Assembly: GCF_000015585.1 (NCBI RefSeq)
Contig: NC_008789.1
Location: 690,001-722,000, forward strand
Direction of reading: 5' to 3'
Source of the DNA: Halorhodospira halophila SL1
GTDB taxonomy: Bacteria; Pseudomonadota; Gammaproteobacteria; Nitrococcales; Halorhodospiraceae
DNA: 32,000 nucleotides
Shown: piece by piece, positions 16,750-24,638 of the stretch
Layout of the letters: the number at the start of each line of letters is the position of its first letter
How positions within the stretch are numbered: position 1 is the stretch's first letter
Translations under genes and position numbers: made by a program
Notes under the pieces: generated by a model
The model's input: only the letters and a program-made list of their open reading frames with translations
Told to the model about the DNA's origin: nothing
Database searches by the model: none

Positions 16750-17901
16750 ATGGCCGAGTACCGCTACATCGAGCCCCAGGACGTCCTCTTCTTCCGCGGC
16801 AACCGCCTCTTTGGCGAGCCCGGCAACGCCGGCGCCGCCCTCATGCCGCCCTGGCCCTCGGTCTTCGCCGGGGCCCTGCGCAGCGCCATGCTCAGCGCCG
16901 CCGGCGCGGACCCGGCGCAGCTGCGCAGCGGCGAGCTGCCTGCCCCGCTCGACACGGTGCTCGGCACCCCCGAGGAGCCGGGGACCTTCACCCTCACCGG
17001 CGTGACGCTGGCTCGCCGGCAGTCGTCCGGCACCGCCGAGCCCCTCCACCCCCTGCCGGCGGACCTGAGCGTCGAGCGTGATGAGGCCACAGGCGAGTGC
17101 GCGGTCCATCGCCTGACGCCGCAGCCACTGCCCGCCGGCGTCGCCAGCAGCCAACCCCTGGAGCGCCTGCCGGTGCTCCGGCGCAGCGACCGCGGTAAGC
17201 CGGCCGCCGGCTACTGGCTCACCCATAGCGGCTGGCAGCGCTACTGCCAGGGCGAGCCCCCACCGGCTGAGGCCCTCGTTCACCGCTCGGCGATCTGGAG
17301 CAGCGACCCGCGCCTGGGCATTGCCCTGAAGCCCGAGCAGCGCACGGCGGCCGAGAGCCAGCTCTACACCACCGAGGGCATCCGGCTGTGCGAGGGATAC
17401 GGCTTTCTCGCCGCCATCGCCGGCTCCGACCCGACCAGCCTGCCTAAGCAGGCAACCCTGCGCCTCGGCGGCGACGGCCGCGGCGCGTTCATGAGCGCCG
17501 TCGCAGCCCCGGTCGAAACCTCGCCGGAGCCGGCCGCCATCGAGGCAGAGGGCCGCCTACGGATCGTACTCACCACGCCCGGCATCTTCCCGGGGGGGTG
17601 GCAACTCCCCGGGCTCGACGCCAATGGCCTCTGGCACTATCCCGGCGGCCGGGCGCGGCTGGTCGCCGCTGCTGTGCCCCGCGGCCAGGTCATCAGCGGC
17701 TGGGATCTGGCTCACCACCGGCCCAAACCCGCCCAACGTGCGGCCCCAGCCGGGACCGTCTACTGGCTCGAGGCGCTTGAGGGCGGGCTCAAGCCGCTTC
17801 GCAAGCTTGCCGAATCCGGTCTCTGGGGCATGACCCCGGAGAATGAAGACCCAGCACGGCGAGCCGAGGGCTTCAACCGCTTCGCCATCGCCAACGCCTG
17901 A
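16750..17901 (+). CDS. cmr3: Cmr3
   Basis: Reads YRYIEPQDVLFFRGNRLFG...PPWPSVFAGALRSA. Its position after cas10 also fits. Confidence 0.85.
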   Translation: MAEYRYIEPQDVLFFRGNRLFGEPGNAGAALMPPWPSVFAGALRSAMLSAAGADPAQLRSGELPAPLDTVLGTPEEPGTFTLTGVTLARRQSSGTAEPLHPLPADLSVERDEATGECAVHRLTPQPLPAGVASSQPLERLPVLRRSDRGKPAAGYWLTHSGWQRYCQGEPPPAEALVHRSAIWSSDPRLGIALKPEQRTAAESQLYTTEGIRLCEGYGFLAAIAGSDPTSLPKQATLRLGGDGRGAFMSAVAAPVETSPEPAAIEAEGRLRIVLTTPGIFPGGWQLPGLDANGLWHYPGGRARLVAAAVPRGQVISGWDLAHHRPKPAQRAAPAGTVYWLEALEGGLKPLRKLAESGLWGMTPENEDPARRAEGFNRFAIANA

Positions 17902-17915
17902 AGGGATCGCAGACC

Positions 17916-18830
17916 ATGTTCGAGAAGAACGCCGCCCTATTCCTCTACAGCGTCAGCCCCGTCCACATGGGGGCTGGCACCGCGACCGGGGTGATCGACA
18001 ACCCCATCCAGCGCGAGGTGCACACGCAACACCCGAGCTTCGCCGGCTCCGGGCTCAAGGGCGCCATCCGCCACGGCTTCAAGGCCCTTGGCGGCAACCC
18101 CGACCAGGCCGATCAGCTCTTCGGCCCCCGCCAGGGCGATCTCCACGCCGGCGCCGTGAGCCTCGGGGACGCACAGCTCGTCGCCCTGCCGGTGCGCACC
18201 CGCCGGGAAGGCTACGCCTACGCCACCTCGCCATTGGCCCTCGCCCGGCTGCAGCGGCTGCTCCACCAGGCCGGCCTCCAGCCCGAGTGGACAGTGCCCA
18301 CGCTGCCCCAGGGCGAGGCGGCTCGCGCGCCGGCGGCCGTCACGCCCGAGGGGCTCGAGGCCCTCACCGCCGACGGCGGCCGGCTCCACTTGGAGGTCTT
18401 CGAGCTCGCCGCACAGGCCGAACCCGGCGTAGCCGCCATCGGGCAGTGGCTCGCCGAGCACGCCCTCAGCAAGGACCACGGCGAGTACTTCCGGAACAAG
18501 CTCGCGCGGGACCTAGTGATCCTCCCGGAGACCGAGCTCAACTACTTCAGCCGCAACGCCATGGTGGTCGAGCCCCACGTGCGCATCGATCCGAAAACCG
18601 GCACCGCCGATGGCAGTGGGCTGTTTTATACCGAGAACCTGCCGCCGGAGAGCCTGCTCGCCGCGCCGGTGATGGCCAGCGGCGACCGCAGCGGTGAGCG
18701 GGAGCTCGACAGTGCCGCTGTCATGGCGCAGCTCCATACCGCCCTCGACGGCAACACGCTGCAGATCGGCGGCGACGCCACCACCGGCCGGGGGCTGGTC
18801 ACGGCCCGACTCGTGGAGAAGGTATCATGA
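17916..18830 (+). CDS. cmr4: Cmr4 (backbone RAMP, target RNase subunit)
   Basis: Reads PVHMGAGTATGVIDNPIQREVHTQHPSFAGSGLKGAIRH. C-terminal G-rich loop is IGGDATTGRGLV. Confidence 0.9.
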   Translation: MFEKNAALFLYSVSPVHMGAGTATGVIDNPIQREVHTQHPSFAGSGLKGAIRHGFKALGGNPDQADQLFGPRQGDLHAGAVSLGDAQLVALPVRTRREGYAYATSPLALARLQRLLHQAGLQPEWTVPTLPQGEAARAPAAVTPEGLEALTADGGRLHLEVFELAAQAEPGVAAIGQWLAEHALSKDHGEYFRNKLARDLVILPETELNYFSRNAMVVEPHVRIDPKTGTADGSGLFYTENLPPESLLAAPVMASGDRSGERELDSAAVMAQLHTALDGNTLQIGGDATTGRGLVTARLVEKVS

Positions 18831-19216
18831 CAACGCCCATGACCCTCGAGCAGCAGCGCGCCGCCGATGCCTGGCAGGCTGCGGCGGCCTGCACGGACCC
18901 CTACGCCAAGCTCGCCAAGGGGGCGCCGGCGCTAATTATGAACAGCGGTCTGATGCAGACCCTGGCTTTCCTTGAAGACAAGGGCGAGGACCACCACCGA
19001 GCCCTCGCTCGACAGCTGCGGCGGTGGATTGTGCGGCAGCACCCGGAGCTGCTAAGCACCCGCGGCGATAGCGCGGACCCGGGCTATGAGGCAATCATGG
19101 AGGCGCTGCTCCACGCCGAGCCGCGCACCTTCCAGGCCGTGACCGCGGAGGCCCTCGCCTGGCTGCGCTGGGTCCGCCAGATCGCGCCCACTCGCGTCGA
19201 GGAGCGTTCGTCATGA
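18827..19216 (+). CDS. cmr5: Cmr5 (small subunit)
   Basis: 129 aa and helical. Reads APALIMNSGLMQTLAFLEDKG. Overlaps both neighbouring genes. Confidence 0.8.
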   Translation: MTTPMTLEQQRAADAWQAAAACTDPYAKLAKGAPALIMNSGLMQTLAFLEDKGEDHHRALARQLRRWIVRQHPELLSTRGDSADPGYEAIMEALLHAEPRTFQAVTAEALAWLRWVRQIAPTRVEERSS

Positions 19217-20424
19217 GCCGCGCCGCCGTTCCCGCCTACCTCGGTGAGGACTTCCGGGAGGCCGCTCCGGGCCACCGCTTTGCGCTCTATCTCAGCGTCT
19301 GGGATCAGCAATGGAAGAAGCAGCGGGGCGGTGCGATCGAGGAGCTGCTGAAGCTGAACGACGACGATCGGAAGCGGCTGGGCGCTTTGATCGAGCGCCA
19401 ACGCCGGCTACTCCAGCATGAGGAGAGCGCACAACCAGGGAGCACCCTGAACCTGCCGGCCACGAGCACGAGCCCCTTCACAACAGGGCTCGGCATGGCC
19501 CACCCGCTGGAGAACGGCTTCGCTTTTCTCACCCCCTACGGCCTGCCTTACCTCGCGGGAAGCGGCGTCAAGGGTGTCCTGCGCCAGGCGGCGCGGGAGC
19601 TCGCCGAGGGGGGTGAGTTCGAGGATCCCGGGCGCGATTGGGACTGGCCCGAGATCGAGGCACTTTTCGGGAGCCCCGGCGAGGACGAAGGCGGCGTGAC
19701 AGGCCGGCGCCGAGGCGCCCTAAACTTCTGGGACGTCTTCCCCGAACCAGGGCGAGGGCAAGACCTGGCCTGGGAGGTCATGACACCCCATCAGGGCAGC
19801 TACTACCAGGACGCTACCGGCCAAACCGCACCGCACGATAACGGCGCGCCCGTGCCGATCTACTTCCTCGGTATCCCGGCCGGCAGCGGTTTCCGCTTTC
19901 ATATCCAGTGCAATCGGGCCCTGTTACGGCAGACGGGACCGACACTGCTTGAGCCAGCGGGCGAGGACGGCGATCGAGCACGCTGGCAGGTTCTGCTCGA
20001 AACCCTCTTCGCGCACGCCTTCGAGTGGCTCGGCTTCGGCGCCAAGACGGCGGTCGGCTACGGCGCGCTGTCCATCGACGAGAAGACCCGGCGGCACGAG
20101 GCCGAGGCGCGCGAAAAGATCCGGGCCGAACAGGCACGCAAGGAACAGCTTGCGAGCTTGCCGCCCGGGCAGCGTCGCGCGGAAGAGCTGCTTGAGCAGC
20201 GCCAAGACCCCAGCTATCCGGCGCACCGCTTCTTGCTCGAACAGCTCGAAGCCGGTGCAGTAGCCGCCGAGGAGCAAGCGGCCCTGGCGCAGGTTGCGCT
20301 CGACTACCTCGCGCAAGACCGTGAAAAGGTTCGTAAGACGAAGAAAGCCAAGCAGAAGCTGCCGAAACTGGACGAGGAAGAGGTGCAACTTCAGCGCTTC
20401 GTCGACGAGGAAGGCACAGGGTGA
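19213..20424 (+). CDS. cmr6: Cmr6 (RAMP) with about 117-aa charged C-terminal extension
   Basis: Reads PYLAGSGVKGVLRQAAREL. G-rich loop is GFGAKTAVGYGAL. This is followed by a K/E/R/Q-rich helical tail. Confidence 0.85.
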   Translation: MSRAAVPAYLGEDFREAAPGHRFALYLSVWDQQWKKQRGGAIEELLKLNDDDRKRLGALIERQRRLLQHEESAQPGSTLNLPATSTSPFTTGLGMAHPLENGFAFLTPYGLPYLAGSGVKGVLRQAARELAEGGEFEDPGRDWDWPEIEALFGSPGEDEGGVTGRRRGALNFWDVFPEPGRGQDLAWEVMTPHQGSYYQDATGQTAPHDNGAPVPIYFLGIPAGSGFRFHIQCNRALLRQTGPTLLEPAGEDGDRARWQVLLETLFAHAFEWLGFGAKTAVGYGALSIDEKTRRHEAEAREKIRAEQARKEQLASLPPGQRRAEELLEQRQDPSYPAHRFLLEQLEAGAVAAEEQAALAQVALDYLAQDREKVRKTKKAKQKLPKLDEEEVQLQRFVDEEGTG

Positions 20425-21335
20425 TTCGACTCCATCCGCTGCAGCTGACCTTCGAGGCGCAGGATGCGCTGGTGCTGCCGGCGCAGCCGGGGACCTTGTG
20501 GCGTAGCGCCATCGGGGCGCGGCTGCGAGCCGACGCCTGCATCACCGGCGCCTCGCAGTGCCGCGGGTGCCGGGTCGCCGAGCGCTGCGCCTACGCGCAG
20601 CTCTTCGAGCCGCCGCGCCGGCATGCCGGCCTCGCCCCGCGCTTTCGCGATCCACCTCGCCCCTGGGTGATCGCCCCTGGCCCCGGCGGGCAGCGGGTGG
20701 CCCCCGGCGAGCACCTCGAGCTCGGTCTCACCCTCATGGCCGATGGCCTGGCGTACTGGCCCTCCCTCTATCGAGCCCTTCAGCGGCTGCGGCTCGGGCC
20801 TGCCCCGCTGAGGCTGGTTCGTGCCGTCAGCCACCCGCCCCAGGGCGAGCCGGCCCCGGCGCCAGCCAAGCCGCTGCCGGGCTATCGGCCCGAGCCGCCC
20901 GCGCCGCCGCCGGAGGGCTCAGTCCAGATCACCCTCGACAGCCCCCTTCGGTTGCAGCGCAACGGCCGCCCGCTCACAGCCGAGGCATTTTCCCCCGAAC
21001 CGCTGATCGCCGCGCTATTGCGCCGGATCACGAGCCTCGATGAAACGGCGCCCGAGGTCGACCATGGTGCGCTAACCCGTCATGCGCAAGAGGCCGTGGC
21101 CCTGCGTGATCCGGTGTTGCGCTGGTACGACGCCGATCGATCCTCGAGCCGCCAGGGCCGGCGCGTACCGCTCGGCGGGTTGGTCGGGCACTTCCGTCTT
21201 GAAGGCGCGCTCGCCCCCATCTGGCCGTGGCTTTGGACAGGGCAGTGGGTTCATGCCGGGAAAAGCGCCGTCATGGGCCTTGGGCGGTTTCGCTTGGTCG
21301 AAAGTGAGGAGCGAGGCGGTGTACTTGGGATCTAG
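20421..21335 (+). CDS. cas6: Cas6-type crRNA endoribonuclease (DUF2276/COG5551-like)
   Basis: GTG start overlapping the cmr6 stop. N-terminal Cys cluster is CITGASQCRGCRVAERC. C-terminal G-rich loop is HAGKSAVMGLGRF. Confidence 0.7.
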   Translation: MIRLHPLQLTFEAQDALVLPAQPGTLWRSAIGARLRADACITGASQCRGCRVAERCAYAQLFEPPRRHAGLAPRFRDPPRPWVIAPGPGGQRVAPGEHLELGLTLMADGLAYWPSLYRALQRLRLGPAPLRLVRAVSHPPQGEPAPAPAKPLPGYRPEPPAPPPEGSVQITLDSPLRLQRNGRPLTAEAFSPEPLIAALLRRITSLDETAPEVDHGALTRHAQEAVALRDPVLRWYDADRSSSRQGRRVPLGGLVGHFRLEGALAPIWPWLWTGQWVHAGKSAVMGLGRFRLVESEERGGVLGI

Positions 21336-21399
21336 TCCTGCGCACCCCGTTTGCCCGGGACACCTGCCCCCGGGGCACAGTTGGGGGCGGTTTCAGGGC

Positions 21400-21565
21400 T
21401 AGCCAGCCCGCTAACCCTGCAGTACCATCGCCTCTATGGGCCTATATGCTCTTTCACAATAGGATTTGGATGCAGATGCAACTGCATATTAACTACTCAG
21501 GCGCGGGAAAACTCGCTAACCCCCTTTGCAACCTGCTGATTACAAAGTACTTTTGGGGTCGAGGA
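21400..21565 (+). promoter_or_regulatory. CRISPR leader of mini-array 3
   Basis: Lower-GC region. Blocks aataggat, ggatgc, taaccccctt and tggggtcgagga match the reverse complements of leaders 1 and 2. Confidence 0.6.
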
Positions 21566-21671
21566 GTCTGAGACGAGCCCTGCTTGAAAAGGGATTAAGA
21601 CAAGGTCTTGATGTGACCCATGGTGGCCACATCCTGTCTGAGACGAGCCCTGCTTGAAAAGGGATTAAGAC
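21566..21671 (+). CRISPR. CRISPR mini-array 3: 2 repeats, 1 spacer (34 nt), variant repeat
   Basis: GTCTGAGACGAGCCCTGCTTGAAAAGGGATTAAGAC occurs at 21566-21601 and 21636-21671. It differs at 6 of 36 positions from the array 1/2 repeat and keeps the same 3' half. Confidence 0.85.
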
Positions 21672-21883
21672 CGCTCCTGGACGGCCACCCCGAACCGGAC
21701 CATGGATCCCGACTCGATACCGAGCTGCTCTGCTTCCTCAGGCGCCAGCTCCAATGCGGCATCCACCGGCTCGGGCGGACGATACTGACCACGCCCGGGC
21801 GTCATGCGCTCGAGGGCGATAACCTCACCGTCGGCGATCCGGGCTATCGTCAGCGGAGCAGCCGTATTATCCAGGCCTGGCAC
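21665..21883 (-). pseudogene. DUF192-like gene fragment (C-terminal half only)
   Basis: Positions about 21685-21874 are roughly 93 percent identical to 25978-26171. The encoded APLTIARIADGEVIALERMTPGRGQYRPPEPVDAALELAPEEAEQLGIESGSMV has no N-terminal part. Confidence 0.7.
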
Positions 21884-21898
21884 AGCTGGGCCCGGGCT

Positions 21899-22080
21899 GC
21901 CGGCTGGAGCCGTTCAAGGGCCTGGCTCTGACGCTCAAGGCGGACTGGCAGGGCATCCTCAACGCCTTCGACTCGCGCATGTCCAACGGTCAGATCCAGG
22001 TCACCAAGGGCCACGCTCGAGGTTTCCGCACCACCAAGAACCTGATCACGAAGCGGCGGATGGCCGTAGAACAGGCCATC
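21899..22080 (+). pseudogene. Possible transposase C-terminal remnant (ISL3-like)
   Basis: In-frame peptide LKADWQGILNAFDSRMSNGQIQVTKGHARGFRTTKNLIT resembles the W..IlN.f....sNG..EG.N..iK...R.a.GfR tail of ISL3-type transposases. There is no upstream catalytic part. Confidence 0.3.
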
Positions 22081-22132
22081 AAAGCCCTTTGGCATCCGCC
22101 CGGTTGGCTCGATAGGCCCGCCGAGACGAGTG

Positions 22133-23011
22133 TTAACGGTCTTCGTGATCGTATTCGATATCGATCACGCTGATGCGAGCACCAACGGCCTTGTCGACGC
22201 GCACATACTGGCAGCGCCGCCCTTGAGCCTGCGTGAATAAGGCAGCAGCCACCGAGGCCTTCTTGGTCCCCCCGGTGATGTCCACAAGAACATCTCTCTC
22301 CCGTAGCCGGAGCCCCCGTGTTTTGATCAGACCGTTCCAGACCGATTCGATCGCCCGCCAGACCGCGCTGACGTCCTCAAAATCGCAGCCGTGTGCCATT
22401 TCGGTTGAGTGCGTATCCAGACCCTCGACCGTCACCTGCCGATCCGCCCCGTCAAGGAGGCTTTCGACGAGCTGCCGAAATACCGGAAACTGCTTGCACG
22501 ATCCATGGGTCCCGGAGGAGTAGATGACCACGACGCGCTCGAGCTTGGGCAAGTGGGCGCGGATGGCCTCCAGAGGCATCCTCCAGTTGCTCAGCGCATC
22601 GTTCACCAGCCCGAGGTCCGTAGAGCTATTCAACGGACGCACTCCCCCCTTCGCGAGGTCGTTGACCAAGTTGTTAGGGTTCGGGTGAGCGCTCAACAGA
22701 AGGATCAGTACCCGGCGCGGTTGCGGGTTCTCCTCGTCGGTCGCGTGCATAGACGGCGGGATTTCATGGTAAATCAGATAGATCCAAACCCCGATTAATA
22801 CCAGTACCGCAGCGATAAGGGCCGCCGTGTATCCCCACTGGTCGGCGAGAAAGCCCCCCCCATCTTCCAGGAGCCGCAAGAGCCCACTCGACAGGGTGTC
22901 GATGGATAGCAGCACAAGCAGAACAACGACCAGCGCCTTGCCGGTTCGAAATCCCAGTCGGCGGCAGGTGCGAATCAGCTCACGCCCAAGATCTCCGGGT
23001 ACCCTTTTCAT
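22133..23011 (-). CDS. Membrane-anchored CARF protein (two predicted TM helices + CARF), Cam1-like
   Basis: Hydrophobic segments are ALVVVLLVLLSIDTLSSGLLRLL and YTAALIAAVLVLIGVWIYLIY. The C-terminal Rossmann-like domain reads RVLILLLS...VVVIYSSGTHGS...VLVDITGGTKKASVAAAL. ATGA overlap with csx16b. Confidence 0.7.
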   Translation of the reverse strand: MKRVPGDLGRELIRTCRRLGFRTGKALVVVLLVLLSIDTLSSGLLRLLEDGGGFLADQWGYTAALIAAVLVLIGVWIYLIYHEIPPSMHATDEENPQPRRVLILLLSAHPNPNNLVNDLAKGGVRPLNSSTDLGLVNDALSNWRMPLEAIRAHLPKLERVVVIYSSGTHGSCKQFPVFRQLVESLLDGADRQVTVEGLDTHSTEMAHGCDFEDVSAVWRAIESVWNGLIKTRGLRLRERDVLVDITGGTKKASVAAALFTQAQGRRCQYVRVDKAVGARISVIDIEYDHEDR

Positions 23012-23310
23012 CTGTCAGCCTTGACCTGCTGCACGTGATAATACGCGAGTCGGGCATCCATGCCGTCCATCTCATCGGCACTGAGCTCTCGGCCCCGGCG
23101 CTCCGGAGGGATATCCAGAATCAAGTGGCAATACCACGCGCCACGGCAACAGACCCCTTCGGCAAGGTGCACGGGGAGTGTACCGATCACTGTATCGCCG
23201 GCTGCGACCTGCTCGACATCCAGGTGCTCGACCTGCCGATCGACATCGAATCCCTGCCGCTTAGCCCACTCTGTAGCCCCGGGATGACGGGATACGAACC
23301 ATACTGTCAT
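23008..23310 (-). CDS. csx16: Csx16 (VVA1548 family), copy b
   Basis: Reads MTVWFVSRHPGATEWAKRQG...GDTVIGTLPVHLAE...YCHLILDIPPERRGRELSADEM. Confidence 0.7.
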   Translation of the reverse strand: MTVWFVSRHPGATEWAKRQGFDVDRQVEHLDVEQVAAGDTVIGTLPVHLAEGVCCRGAWYCHLILDIPPERRGRELSADEMDGMDARLAYYHVQQVKADR

Positions 23311-23544
23311 GTCATTTCCTGCAAAGGAGTGACCCGGGGCTTGCTCCGCCCGGGGGTTCCCGGTCTCTGTGCATCAGCCGCCTACGCCATCGGCCCGCGC
23401 CGCGCATCACGATAGCCTCGCCGAGCGCCAGGGTCGAGTGGATCGTGCACTCGATGGCGACTAGCAAGCTTGCAGGAACGCTTGCCGGTGCGCTGCTTCG
23501 TTACGATACCTCCAACGTCACGTCACGATTGGAGGGAATGAGCC

Positions 23545-24075
23545 ATGAAGCGTTACCTGCCGAGTGTTCTGCTAACCGGTGTCGTGCTTAGCTCTGGTGC
23601 AGCCAATGCGGCGCCGGCCCCGTTCGGTCTCGAGATCGGTGCTTCCTGCGATTCCGCGACGCAGTACAACGCGCAGTCGCAGGGCGTATCTGCTATCACC
23701 GACGGACCTGTCTACGAGATCGGCGGCAACCAGATTGACTTCGAAGGGCTGCAGTCCGTGACGGTGATCTGCGATGAGCAAACGAACGTAGCCGCCGTGG
23801 TTGCCGATTTTCAAAAGCGCTTCGGGGGGGCGACCTTTAATCGGCTTGTCGACATGTTGCGAGATGAGTATCGGCTTGTCGAGATGAACGACGCGCATGT
23901 CGGGGATCAGAATGCACGGTTCCAGGCTGATGAAGTCCATATCCTTGTTGAAGAGCCCCACATGAGCCGAACCACCTCACTCGTCTACAAGACGGAGGCG
24001 TTCAGCGATGCGTTTGCCGCTTACCAGCAACAGCAACAACGCCGGCAACAGGAGAAGGAAGCAGGTCAACTCTAA
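23545..24075 (+). CDS. Hypothetical secreted protein
   Basis: Signal peptide MKRYLPSVLLTGVVLSSGAANA|AP. A ggaggg RBS is present. Q-rich C-terminus (QQQQQRRQQEKE). Local GC is lower. Confidence 0.55.
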   Translation: MKRYLPSVLLTGVVLSSGAANAAPAPFGLEIGASCDSATQYNAQSQGVSAITDGPVYEIGGNQIDFEGLQSVTVICDEQTNVAAVVADFQKRFGGATFNRLVDMLRDEYRLVEMNDAHVGDQNARFQADEVHILVEEPHMSRTTSLVYKTEAFSDAFAAYQQQQQRRQQEKEAGQL

Positions 24076-24110
24076 CTCACGCCCATCGAGCCGGGAGGGG
24101 GGATAATCCA

Positions 24111-24638
24111 ATGTGGAACTGGCTACGTGAATGGTTTCTCCAAGTGGGCGCGGGCCACGCCAGGGAAGACACGGACGGTGGCACCGACACGAATGAAAGG
24201 ATGATCAACCCGGCTACGGGCTTGCCCATGGTTGGCTCCGTGGACACGGAAGGGAACCCCTACGGAACAGCCCCCCCGTCGAGCGGACAAGAGGACATAC
24301 CTACGAACGAGTACCCGTCGAGCCACGCAGGCGGGGGAACACCCTGCGAGATGGGCTTTGAGGAGTCAATGGGCGACTCGGGTCCGGTTGACGATCCCCA
24401 CACGCCGCGAATCAACCCGGCCACTGGGCTTCCCATGACTGGATCGCTCGATACCGCAGGCAATCCTTACGGCACTGATACAAGCACTGGGCCCGAGCAT
24501 GGGCATACGGGACTAGCTGACGATGGCACCCCATCTCCATTCAATGATGATATCGATCATAGCCGGCTGTCTGGCGGGTTTTCCGGCCTGGACGACGACT
24601 GGGGCGTTGGCGGATCCTCCAGCCCCTTCGATGACTAA
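24111..24638 (+). CDS. Hypothetical acidic G/P/D-rich protein with duplicated INPATGLPM-GS-DT-GNPYGT motif
   Basis: Two motif copies occur: MINPATGLPMVGSVDTEGNPYGT and RINPATGLPMTGSLDTAGNPYGT. A gggagggggg RBS region lies before the ATG. Confidence 0.5.
   Translation: MWNWLREWFLQVGAGHAREDTDGGTDTNERMINPATGLPMVGSVDTEGNPYGTAPPSSGQEDIPTNEYPSSHAGGGTPCEMGFEESMGDSGPVDDPHTPRINPATGLPMTGSLDTAGNPYGTDTSTGPEHGHTGLADDGTPSPFNDDIDHSRLSGGFSGLDDDWGVGGSSSPFDD

Noticed and set aside
12827-21335. Assignment as type III-A (Csm) or another type III subtype
   Set aside because: The gene order and motifs fit Cmr1, Cmr3, Cmr4, Cmr5 and Cmr6 around Cas10. No Csm2-, Csm5- or Csm6-like genes are seen.
6905-23473. AAGCTT-containing palindromes as sites of a HindIII-like restriction-modification system
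   Set aside because: No methyltransferase or restriction endonuclease gene is recognisable in the window. The sites cluster at operon boundaries, which fits an operator better.
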